IMG/VR virus record: IMGVR_UViG_3300043446_005562
Span: 1 to 64,000 of that record
Length of the DNA stretch: 64,000 nt
Direction: 5' to 3' (one strand)
In this document: positions 45,575-54,175 of the stretch, piece after piece
Position numbering within the stretch: position 1 is the first letter of the stretch
Layout of the letters: every line of letters begins with the position of its first letter
Notes under the pieces: generated by a model
Database searches by the model: none
What the model saw: the letters and a program-made list of their open reading frames with translations, nothing else
What the model was told of the DNA's origin: nothing
Position numbers and translations under genes: made by a program

Positions 45575-45588
45575 GCGACTTTTCTTTT
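45558..45588. terminator. bidirectional terminator
   Basis: AAAAGTCGC/GCGACTTTT between convergent genes. Confidence 0.7.
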
Positions 45589-45604
45589 GATTATTAGTTA
45601 ATAA

Positions 45605-46165
45605 TTAGGGATTTGCCTCTTTCTCTTCTTCAGCCTTTAATTTAGCAATCTGATCGTCTAACACCTTCATTTCCATAATTGGTCCGTTCAAGGCAACCGC
45701 GATTCTAAATAGACGCTGTGCTGCATCCAAACCTGAAGCCTTATGGCGATTTAGCATTAGCGCACAAGCTTCAATCGCTGAGGCCTGTAGTGCAGGAGCT
45801 GGTGGATTTTCAATTTTCATTTTTGCAACCTGTTCTTCGCGAGCAACGGTCGCGGCAAAGCCAAGATAACAATTCATTAGCATGAATGCCTCATTTGGAC
45901 CGGTGAATTCAAATTTGTTGTTGCACTGATTTTTAACCCATTTAAGGTCGCTCAGATCCAAATCAACTTGCCAGTAACCTGTGCGTTTATTGATCAATTT
46001 TTGAACTTCGCTTAATTCTGCAGTTGGTTCGGGAATGTTTTCTTCTTGTGGAAATTCCGGACCGGCTTCCATTACCTCCTGGTCAGGAGCCTGTTCCATT
46101 TCAATAGTTACTGAGTCGGCTGCTTCCATTAAAGCATCTGTAACAAGTGTGTTTTGTTCTGTCAT
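45605..46165 (-). CDS. hypothetical protein (186 aa)
   Basis: ATG, acidic N-terminus. Confidence 0.75.
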   Translation of the reverse strand: MTEQNTLVTDALMEAADSVTIEMEQAPDQEVMEAGPEFPQEENIPEPTAELSEVQKLINKRTGYWQVDLDLSDLKWVKNQCNNKFEFTGPNEAFMLMNCYLGFAATVAREEQVAKMKIENPPAPALQASAIEACALMLNRHKASGLDAAQRLFRIAVALNGPIMEMKVLDDQIAKLKAEEEKEANP

Positions 46166-46213
46166 GTGTATAAGAATTGTTTAGTAAATTCTACTCAAAA
46201 ATCTGAGCAAGTT

Positions 46214-46693
46214 TTAACGAAGTCTATCTAAAATTATTCGTTGAGATGCTGCAACATTTGCATAGGCCTGATCAATATCAACAAAACCGGCCCAATCCAA
46301 CTCTTCCTCTTGTAGATTCTGCTTTGGCACTCGAAGTCCATCGAGACCAATTTCCGCTGGATCAGATATTCTACACACAAGATAATGAATGTTATTTCTG
46401 AACTTTTTACCGCTCCAAACCTCAGCAGTTTGAATTGCCGGCTCTACCTGATCGGGTCTAATTTTTAATCCGGTCTCTTCAAAAGTTTCCCGGAAAGCGG
46501 CCGCCTCCGGCGATTCGCCCTCTTCCATTTTACCCTTGGGAATTCCCATTACGGGCTTGACCCAGCTTGAATTGGTTGGATGAACCAGCAAAATCATTTT
46601 TTTACCAGTGTCGACTTGAGTATAGACAATTGCAATGCCAGCTGAATCGCTTCTCTTTTTTGGAGCCGCGAAATTTTCAAAATCTTTAATCAT
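46214..46693 (-). CDS. Nudix hydrolase
   Basis: GKMEEGESPEAAAFRETFEETG Nudix box. Confidence 0.93.
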   Translation of the reverse strand: MIKDFENFAAPKKRSDSAGIAIVYTQVDTGKKMILLVHPTNSSWVKPVMGIPKGKMEEGESPEAAAFRETFEETGLKIRPDQVEPAIQTAEVWSGKKFRNNIHYLVCRISDPAEIGLDGLRVPKQNLQEEELDWAGFVDIDQAYANVAASQRIILDRLR

Positions 46694-46883
46694 TAGAGTT
46701 TGAACTATTAAGTGATTGACGGTATTTCGCCTTTTTGATTTCGTCTCGACGCTGCACGCTAGGTTTTTTAAATTCTCGACGTTCGCGTAATTCAGAAAGA
46801 GTCTTGGTCTTGTCGAATTTCTTCTTTAGGACCTTTAGCGCCCTATCAATTGAACCAATTTCCTTAACGTTGACTATTAGCAT
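46686..46883 (-). CDS. rpsU: 30S ribosomal protein bS21
   Basis: MLIVNVKEIGSIDRALKVLKKKFDKTKTLSELRERREFKKPSVQRR..IKKAKY; Bacteroidota-like. Confidence 0.93.
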   Translation of the reverse strand: MLIVNVKEIGSIDRALKVLKKKFDKTKTLSELRERREFKKPSVQRRDEIKKAKYRQSLNSSNSND

Positions 46884-46886
46884 AAT

Positions 46887-47618
46887 TTATAAAATGTATG
46901 GACACTTTTTCAAAACTTCTTCTCTATTAATATACTCATTTAGATAGGTTTTGAGCATGTTATTTTGGACTTTGTGCTTGTACCATGCAGGCAACTTTCC
47001 AAGATAGGATTCATGAATTTTAAAATAGAGATTTACAAGTTCAGGTCGGTTTAACCTAAAGTTTTCCATTGCAAGCAGCACAGGTGCTTCCTCATCCAGA
47101 CCCAATCTAAATCTCATGAATTCTGAATCCAGCTTTGAGTGTAGAGTCTCGGTCAAATTGACCAATTGTTCGCGATAAGGTAGTCTGGTTAGATCTAAAT
47201 ACACGGGCTTACCGTCTATGATTTGACGAGCTCCAAATATTTGACCGTTGTGGGCCGCAATCTGCACCTGATTTTCAAATTTTGGTTTGGTAAAATACAG
47301 GGAACCCTTTTGAATTGGCGTAACGTTTAAGTGCCTGAAGGTCGGATAGGTTTTTATCTCAGACATTGGCGATACCACCGTGATAGGTGTTTTAAGTTTT
47401 CTTGCTCCAAATTTGCCAGTTGTGGAATTTGGAATGAATGCTGAGCCGGCAAGTCTATTGAAAACTTGATACGTTGAAAATTGATTTGGAATAATAGTTA
47501 ACAGTATCTCAGAATCCTGATCTCCATACAGATCCGGCATGTCATGATTTTCGCCGATCAGGCCAATTTTTTTAGAGTAGGTATCGTATACCTGAAAATC
47601 GTCAAACCTTTTTAGCAT
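46887..47618 (-). CDS. hypothetical protein, possibly a degenerate ATP-grasp fold
   Basis: AFIPNSTT...LKTPI and a spacing of later motifs reminiscent of ATP-grasp, but catalytic residues are not evident. Confidence 0.5.
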   Translation of the reverse strand: MLKRFDDFQVYDTYSKKIGLIGENHDMPDLYGDQDSEILLTIIPNQFSTYQVFNRLAGSAFIPNSTTGKFGARKLKTPITVVSPMSEIKTYPTFRHLNVTPIQKGSLYFTKPKFENQVQIAAHNGQIFGARQIIDGKPVYLDLTRLPYREQLVNLTETLHSKLDSEFMRFRLGLDEEAPVLLAMENFRLNRPELVNLYFKIHESYLGKLPAWYKHKVQNNMLKTYLNEYINREEVLKKCPYIL

Positions 47619-49960
47619 TAGCGTAGTGTTGATAATTTTCCTATTCTAAAAAATGACTCTTTAATTATATCGGTTGTCTGCAATTCATTTGGCAATTGAT
47701 TGGTTTCCCAAAGATGCAAAGTTTCGGTCTTTAATTGAGTCTTGTCGTCAGCTTTAATTTTGCCAGCCTTTTCAAGATCTTCAAGCACCTTGTCTATTCT
47801 AGACTGACTAGATTCGTTTGGCGAATAGGTTTTTAGATCATCGTCCCATATATCTGAAAAATAGGCTTTAACTCGTGGGCTCTGCTCAGATAATGGGTGT
47901 TGAGCATCAATGTTTGCATCTTGGCCTAGCTGCTTGAGAATTCCCTTTGTGTATTCGTTTAAGCCAGACTCTTCCCATTCCTTTTCCGTTCTTAAATCAG
48001 TTTGTCTGCGGTGTGGATCAATACCCTTTGGCATTTTTATCACGCAGCCAGTCGCTGCTTCAGCAACAGTCGCCTCACCAATACATGGATTTATTGATTT
48101 GGTTTTTTCAACTAATTTTGCCTTGGCCTCTTTTCCAGCATTCACCTGTTTCATTAATTCAGAGTAGCCTTCTGGGTTTGAGGTTTTGAATTTTTCAAGA
48201 TCATCGGGTGTAATATCAAGGCTTGTCTCTTCGTCTTTTTCAAAAACTATCTTGTTTAAAATTTGCTTGGTCTCCTTGATATTCAGAGAGACTGCACTCA
48301 TTGTGCCAGCCGCAGTTGCTTTAACCTTGTCCAAAGCTTCGTCTGGCGTACCGTTTACGAGGTACTTGGCACAATCACTACCTTTCAAAAAGGCTTTGAT
48401 TATGAAAACAATAAAGGCGCGACCGCTAATTCCACGATACGCCATTTTTCCCGTGAATTTGGCAAGATCCGCCTGTATTTTACCTAAATTTTGAGTGCTC
48501 TTTATTAAGAGCTCAGGGGATTCCTTGAATATTGCGGCAGTTTTAGCAACATTTGGAGATATTAACTTGCTAACAGCCGGATTCGTGATTACTTCATCCA
48601 TTAATTTGGAAACCGCTGCACTATCACCGGCTTTGATTGCATCGGCTAGTGCCTTATCTCCAAGTTTTGAACCTGATTTTCCAAGTTCAGCAATTAATTC
48701 TGGAGATTTTAGCAATTCATTTAGGCTCTTACCTGTTATTTGGCCTTCTTTTGCTAAAATATTACCAACAAGCTTTTCGGTCATTGCACCTTGAATGTAC
48801 ATTTTCTGGATTGAATCGGACGCGCCGTTTTTCATAATTGCTTTGAACCCATCTGACGTAATTATCTCAGCCTGCATTGCTTTATTGAAGCCTGGAATGT
48901 CTGCGAATTTTGCACCAATTTTTTCAGCATCTGCTGTTGCAATGCCGGCCGCCTTTGCTGCATCAGTTGATGCAATTGCAGCCTTTTCGCCGCTTGCAAC
49001 AAGCTTGGCGTCCTCTTTCATCAAGAGCTCTCCAGCCTCAGTTGCGCCTTTACCAAAGCTTGTCATTTTTAGAGCAAGCTCATCGATCCATTTAATAAGA
49101 CCGGTTGGTTTTGGGATGAGACCAAATGATACTTTATTGATTGCAAATCCAATAAATTCAGCAATTCCCTTGATTACCTTAAGAGCAGCGGTCGCAATAA
49201 ATTCGCCAATACCCTTTAAGGCTTTACCCATCGTTTCAATGATTCCGCCTGATGCCTTTGCTCCGGCTTCAATCTCCAGTGCGCCAGTTTTAAAAGCCAT
49301 GGTCTCAGCTTTGATTGCAGCACTTTCTCCCTTCCAGATAACGGCGAATAACTTTTCGCTAATTTTAGCAAAAGGCTTAATGATTCCCTTTAGGGCTCCA
49401 CCGATTACTTGACCTGTACCTGGAATTGCAACGACTAGATTAAGGCAGCCCATTAGATAATTTCCACGATAAAAAGAGATTGCAGCATTTAATAAATTGG
49501 CAACAGTATCAACTGGAATACCTGCCCAAGAAAAAGGAATAAGACCAATAATATCAAGCACAAATTGTAGGATTCCAATCGCAGATCCGCCCTCAGTCAT
49601 CATCGAGACAAAGTTCTTAACTGCATCTAGCAAACCCTCATTTATTGACTGTAGATTGTTAAGCGTATCAAGATAAGCTCCCTCCAGAGTCAAGAACACT
49701 GGATTATAACCGTGCTTGATTAAGTAATTTTCAGTTGCATTGATTTCATCAATTGTATCAAATGATTCTAGCAGTCCAAGTTGATGATCTAGGATCGCTG
49801 CTGCCTCCTGTTGGGTTGCAGGCTCATATTGGGTTAAGGTTAGAGAATCAAGATTTTGCCACATTTCGGCCGGAACGGCCATAATGGTTTCGCGTATTGA
49901 AGCTAGTTGAGAATCTTTGTCATAATTAAAGAATTCTTCAGCAGAAGATACATATTTCAT
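47618..49960 (-). CDS. large putative virion protein with pre-toxin TG (PT-TG)-like domain
   Basis: LDIIGLIPFSWAGIPVDTVANLLNAAISFYRGNYLMGCLNLVVAIPG; late promoter. Confidence 0.65.
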   Translation of the reverse strand: MKYVSSAEEFFNYDKDSQLASIRETIMAVPAEMWQNLDSLTLTQYEPATQQEAAAILDHQLGLLESFDTIDEINATENYLIKHGYNPVFLTLEGAYLDTLNNLQSINEGLLDAVKNFVSMMTEGGSAIGILQFVLDIIGLIPFSWAGIPVDTVANLLNAAISFYRGNYLMGCLNLVVAIPGTGQVIGGALKGIIKPFAKISEKLFAVIWKGESAAIKAETMAFKTGALEIEAGAKASGGIIETMGKALKGIGEFIATAALKVIKGIAEFIGFAINKVSFGLIPKPTGLIKWIDELALKMTSFGKGATEAGELLMKEDAKLVASGEKAAIASTDAAKAAGIATADAEKIGAKFADIPGFNKAMQAEIITSDGFKAIMKNGASDSIQKMYIQGAMTEKLVGNILAKEGQITGKSLNELLKSPELIAELGKSGSKLGDKALADAIKAGDSAAVSKLMDEVITNPAVSKLISPNVAKTAAIFKESPELLIKSTQNLGKIQADLAKFTGKMAYRGISGRAFIVFIIKAFLKGSDCAKYLVNGTPDEALDKVKATAAGTMSAVSLNIKETKQILNKIVFEKDEETSLDITPDDLEKFKTSNPEGYSELMKQVNAGKEAKAKLVEKTKSINPCIGEATVAEAATGCVIKMPKGIDPHRRQTDLRTEKEWEESGLNEYTKGILKQLGQDANIDAQHPLSEQSPRVKAYFSDIWDDDLKTYSPNESSQSRIDKVLEDLEKAGKIKADDKTQLKTETLHLWETNQLPNELQTTDIIKESFFRIGKLSTLR

Positions 49961-49986
49961 TAAAACTAGTCACTTTTTGTTATTTA

Positions 49987-51048
49987 TTAGAGGTGACTAG
50001 CTATTTGGGTCAGGATTTTAAAGTAGTCTGAGCTCGAACAGTCAGACAAAAACTTGCTGATTTCAAAAAAGTCTTCTACTGTATCGAATGACATGGCCGG
50101 ATGAAATCTCGGATCTCGATATGAAACTGGAATTGTACCAAAGATGACAGATTCATAAACTCTCGCTGGTGTGAACTTCTGTTCAAGATAAAGATCCTTG
50201 CTCACATTTACTGATACTTGAGCAAGTTGCATACTTTGCCAAATGGTGGCCCTGTCTGCTCGTGAGCACAAGGCAACACGCTTCATACCAGCAAGCCACG
50301 ATTCAAGAGCGGGGTCCTGCTTTGCAGCAAGTAACATTGAGAATGGAGTGCCATCAAATTTTGAAGTTTCATCAACTGCTGAAATAATGTCCCTAATTAT
50401 CGGATTCTTTGAATGACCCTCTTTGTAATTAACAAATGAAAGATTGCCGTAATACACTAGATAATTTGGCACCTTGTTTGCGGATTTTTCATGAACCGCC
50501 AGACATTCATTAATGAATTGCTGACTGCAGCCTGGCATCGTAATTGATGGAATTTGTCTGGTGATTCCCAACTTGGAGATTGTATCTACGAAGGTTTGAG
50601 GTAGAGAAAGATCCGTATCTAGAATAACAATATCGGCCGGGTTATAACCGGTTTGAAGTGCAAGCTCAATAATTCTTTCAAAGTAGGCTGCGTCCTTTAA
50701 TTTTTTTTGCAGAGTTGAAAGATTTCTAAATCTGGCTTTTAAAAATATTTTTGAGTAGCGCTTATTTCTAATATTTTCAATTACTTGACCTGAGCCTATT
50801 TGATATTCATCAATCAAGCTGTCTGAAAATTTGGTGAAGACCTTTCCTAACGGATCCCTTGGAAAGACTGGTTTAGAGGTTGAGTCGCCTATTGGATTAA
50901 CATAATTCAAAAAGTCAAACTTTTCAACTCCATACATTTTTGAAAGTTCATCAATCAGACCCAATTGATAAAATGTGTGGCCTGGAATATCATCATTGAA
51001 TAATCCTAATTGGCCAAAGTAGGCGTAGAGTGCTTTGTTCGTTTCCAT
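49987..51048 (-). CDS. GT-B glycosyltransferase resembling T4 DNA beta-glucosyltransferase
   Basis: ILDTDLSLP, LVYYGNLSF and FTPARVYESV align by eye with recalled T4 BGT YLFTDIRLP, VIYGGSFR and ITLRVWETM; similar length (353 aa). Confidence 0.6.
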   Translation of the reverse strand: METNKALYAYFGQLGLFNDDIPGHTFYQLGLIDELSKMYGVEKFDFLNYVNPIGDSTSKPVFPRDPLGKVFTKFSDSLIDEYQIGSGQVIENIRNKRYSKIFLKARFRNLSTLQKKLKDAAYFERIIELALQTGYNPADIVILDTDLSLPQTFVDTISKLGITRQIPSITMPGCSQQFINECLAVHEKSANKVPNYLVYYGNLSFVNYKEGHSKNPIIRDIISAVDETSKFDGTPFSMLLAAKQDPALESWLAGMKRVALCSRADRATIWQSMQLAQVSVNVSKDLYLEQKFTPARVYESVIFGTIPVSYRDPRFHPAMSFDTVEDFFEISKFLSDCSSSDYFKILTQIASHL

Positions 51049-51425
51049 AATACGTATTTTACTAGGACTCCATCATTTGGTTCTATATCAAGTCGATTAT
51101 TGTAGAAAATATCCCAAGAGTCTGCCGCGTATTGACCAATTCCATAGAGCTCACGCGGGTGAGTCCACGGTCTTTCAAGCCACTCGGTGCTAAACCTAAT
51201 TAGGGATTTAGCTCGACGATTATAGAAACCCAGAGGTCTCAGTATTTCAGACAATTGAGCCGAGTCCGCCTGTGACATTGCTTGCGCGCTAGGATACTTG
51301 GTGAAAAGCTCATCCCTAATTCGATCCACTTGAACTCTTCTGGTGCAATTCAATAAAATACAACAGACCTGAGATTTCCAAGGATCCTTATGATAGATTT
51401 CTTGAAGTAATTGAAATGGACTCAT
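51006..51425 (-). CDS. MBD4-like HhH-GPD DNA glycosylase (T/U:G mismatch type)
   Basis: DPWK..VCCILLN.T, KYPSA, LRPLGFYNRRAK, ELYGIGQYAADSWDIF with catalytic Asp retained. Confidence 0.88.
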   Translation of the reverse strand: MSPFQLLQEIYHKDPWKSQVCCILLNCTRRVQVDRIRDELFTKYPSAQAMSQADSAQLSEILRPLGFYNRRAKSLIRFSTEWLERPWTHPRELYGIGQYAADSWDIFYNNRLDIEPNDGVLVKYVLWKRTKHSTPTLAN

Positions 51426-52226
51426 TTACACGTTTTTAAAACCGGCAAAGTGAGTAATAAAATGTTTGTTCGTGGCAGCGCTGCGATTAACAAAGATTCT
51501 GTCAAAATTATTCTCCATAATTGACATTACTTCATTAAATTTAGCTAGTCGATTTTCAAGCAACCAGCTATAGTGAAAATGATACTCGACAATGAATAGT
51601 TTAATGTGACTCCAATCAGTAATTGACTTAATCATTTCATATTCCATGCCCTCAATGTCCATCTTTACACAGTTAACCTTTTTAAGCACGTCATTGATAT
51701 TTTCAGCTGGGACATGTACGACTTTACGGCCCTTCACTGGATGAACTGAGTGTTTACCTGAATCCTGTGATAAAAAGAATTCAACCTCAGATTCGTGGCC
51801 AGGTACAATTGCCTTTTCAATAATTTCACAACGATCCTGCACACCATTCATTTCCAAATTCTGTTGAGCAAATTCAACATTATTATGGAAAGGTTCATAG
51901 GAGTACACCTTCTTGATTCGTGGAAATTGGGTCAATAGTCTAGTTGCAAAAATACCGATGTGTGCACCAGCGTCTAACCAAGTATCCTCCTGATTGAGAT
52001 CTTCTAGGGTCAGCGGATTGCCGTCCTGTGCATAATGCGGTAAAAATAGGGGTTTAAAATACTCTCCACCGGTTGGCTTCATCGAGATATTTTGAGACAC
52101 GTTAAATTTTATTTCGTCTTCTGAGCGAACTAAAAATTGATATTCGTGGTATTTAGTTTTCTTTTCAAAAACTTGAAGGGTTCCTGCTTCACGAGCTTCC
52201 TCAATCGAGCATAATACGTCTGCCAT
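51426..52226 (-). CDS. FkbM-family SAM-dependent methyltransferase
   Basis: WLDAGAHIG, YEP, KMDIEGME, VEYH. Confidence 0.9.
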   Translation of the reverse strand: MADVLCSIEEAREAGTLQVFEKKTKYHEYQFLVRSEDEIKFNVSQNISMKPTGGEYFKPLFLPHYAQDGNPLTLEDLNQEDTWLDAGAHIGIFATRLLTQFPRIKKVYSYEPFHNNVEFAQQNLEMNGVQDRCEIIEKAIVPGHESEVEFFLSQDSGKHSVHPVKGRKVVHVPAENINDVLKKVNCVKMDIEGMEYEMIKSITDWSHIKLFIVEYHFHYSWLLENRLAKFNEVMSIMENNFDRIFVNRSAATNKHFITHFAGFKNV

Positions 52227-52259
52227 TATCTAAGTAGTGTTTAGACTATTATACTACAA

Positions 52260-52556
52260 TTACTTATCTTGGTCTAGATTGAATGGAGTATCTTTGATTG
52301 AAAGTTTGCTCTGGTCGTCTTTGTTTACTCCAGATATTTGATAATCAGAATCTTTTGGCTTCTCTAATTTTTCAATATCTGTTGCTTTTACTCTGAGCAT
52401 ACGGTTGTCTGAAGTCATTATTTGATAGACACCGTTGGTTGGATCGGTTCCGACAATTCTACCGGTACGGCCATCATTAAGGACGATTCGATTACCGGCT
52501 TTGTACTTAGATGAGGTTGGAGAGACTAGTGTAATGTCCTCAGCCTCATTTAGGCT
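52260..52556 (-). CDS. start-less 98-aa reading frame continuing gene 52550-54088 in the -1 frame (SH3/KOW-like)
   Basis: SLNEAEDITLVSPTSSKYKAGNRIVLNDGRTGRIVGTDPTNGVYQIMTSDNRMLRVKATDIEKLE...; begins at an A9 run. Confidence 0.55.
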   Translation of the reverse strand, partial: SLNEAEDITLVSPTSSKYKAGNRIVLNDGRTGRIVGTDPTNGVYQIMTSDNRMLRVKATDIEKLEKPKDSDYQISGVNKDDQSKLSIKDTPFNLDQDK

Positions 52557-54088
52557 TTTTTTTTGGACTGGTCCAATGAAATGTAATGATTACGTAGAGA
52601 GTTTACGTTTTTCTCAATTGAGATTTTTAAATCATTTAATTGAGTTTGATATTCTTCAGAAAGAGATTGATCCTTTAGGGCTTCTTCAATTTGACTAATT
52701 GATTTTTCCAATTTAGTTAGATCGCTTTCAACAAGTTTTTTCTCTTCATCGATTTGACGCAATTGCTTTTCGCGCTCTTCCAATTCAATCTCATAAAGAT
52801 CGCTAACGTCATAGTTGAAATTTTCCATAACGTAATTATGGAATGTTAAACCTTCCATTTTCTTAATGATTCTGCTTTGGCCGTACTTCTCAAAAACATA
52901 AAGAGTTTCGCCCATTGTAAAAACGATTGAATCAGCGTTTAATCTTTCGTTAACTAATTTCTTAGCAAATTCTAAATTAACTATCATGTCTAATCCTCTG
53001 AATAGAGTTGTTAATTTAGAACGAGTTTCCAACTGTTCCATTAAGAAGATTTCAGATAATTCAATTTTAGTTAAATCTTCAACAACTGAACCGTTTATCT
53101 TTAGGTAAAGAGTATTGTCTTCGTTTACTGCAAATACAACCTCTAGCCCACGACCACGTGATACGATTTCGTTTTCACGATCTTGGAAGTTTAGACCAGC
53201 AAAGGCTTCGCAAACTTCAAAAAATTCTGGATACTCTTCAAGCTCTTGTGCAGTTACTTGAACTGGATCTTGATCTTCTTCTAATTTTATGAATTTATTA
53301 TCAACAAAAACGATTGCAGCGGATTCAGATATTTTACAGAAAGGAGCGATCATTGACTTAACTTTAGCATCTCCATTACCGATTCCAATATTGAATTTAC
53401 CAGCAACCTTTGCCTCAAACATGCTCAAAGAATTAATTAATCGATTGATGATTGGCATTGCTGGCTTATTACGCATTTTCATCTTTACAGTATCAGCTGT
53501 AAAAGTATTCTCAAGAAGACAATTTTCCAATTCTGCGATTGCTTCACGGTATAAAATTGCACCAGTTTGTCTCATTTCAAAAATAGCATTGATTACCTCT
53601 AATTTTGAACGATTTTCATTAACATAATCAGTTACTTCTTGAATTGTAGCAGCAACAGTTGAATCATACGAGTATGGAGTCAACGCCTCTAGTAGATGGC
53701 CGATTGCTCTAAATTCAGGTTGAGCAGCTATGCGCTGTTCAACTAGAGAAATTGAGTATTTAAAAGTAGGATCCTTGTAGATTTTTGACTCTTTAAGGGC
53801 TTTGATTTTTAAAGATATGCCAGCCTCTCTTGCCATGTTCTGCAAACGCTGGGTTGGTTTTTCTGCTAATTTCTTGAATTTAGCAACAATCTCTTTAAGA
53901 TTTTCATTTAAAGTAGCTGTTGCAAGCTCAGATAGGGTAGACAGAGTATTCTCTAGGATTTGATCAGATGGAACTCCTAGTAATACTGAATTATTTATGG
54001 ATTCAAGCATAACTTTTACAGCAACGCTATCTTTAACGCTTGGATTGGATTTTAACTCTAGTGTTAATTCTTGTATGAGACTGTTCAT
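52550..54088 (-). CDS. acidic coiled-coil structural protein, possible prohead scaffold
   Basis: Many (L/I/V)xE sites; late promoter at 54111. Confidence 0.7.
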   Translation of the reverse strand: MNSLIQELTLELKSNPSVKDSVAVKVMLESINNSVLLGVPSDQILENTLSTLSELATATLNENLKEIVAKFKKLAEKPTQRLQNMAREAGISLKIKALKESKIYKDPTFKYSISLVEQRIAAQPEFRAIGHLLEALTPYSYDSTVAATIQEVTDYVNENRSKLEVINAIFEMRQTGAILYREAIAELENCLLENTFTADTVKMKMRNKPAMPIINRLINSLSMFEAKVAGKFNIGIGNGDAKVKSMIAPFCKISESAAIVFVDNKFIKLEEDQDPVQVTAQELEEYPEFFEVCEAFAGLNFQDRENEIVSRGRGLEVVFAVNEDNTLYLKINGSVVEDLTKIELSEIFLMEQLETRSKLTTLFRGLDMIVNLEFAKKLVNERLNADSIVFTMGETLYVFEKYGQSRIIKKMEGLTFHNYVMENFNYDVSDLYEIELEEREKQLRQIDEEKKLVESDLTKLEKSISQIEEALKDQSLSEEYQTQLNDLKISIEKNVNSLRNHYISLDQSKKKA

Positions 54089-54175
54089 TGAACCGGGTGT
54101 CTTTTTTTGTTATTTATTTGGCACGTTCGCTAACTTTATTTATCTGTGAACGCCGATTGTTATTTTGGTATTGGG

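Larger units (their letters stand above)
34591..52255 (-). promoter_or_regulatory. AGTATAAT (middle-type) promoters
   Basis: Plus-strand ATTATACT at 34591, 37749, 41390, 52248, each 6-22 nt upstream of ATGs at 34584, 37741, 41383, 52226. Confidence 0.65.

Noticed and set aside
52542-52564. Plus-strand terminator (AGCCT/AGGCT plus T9)
   Set aside because: Weak 5-bp stem and no plus-strand gene for about 7 kb upstream; treated as part of the frameshift candidate instead.
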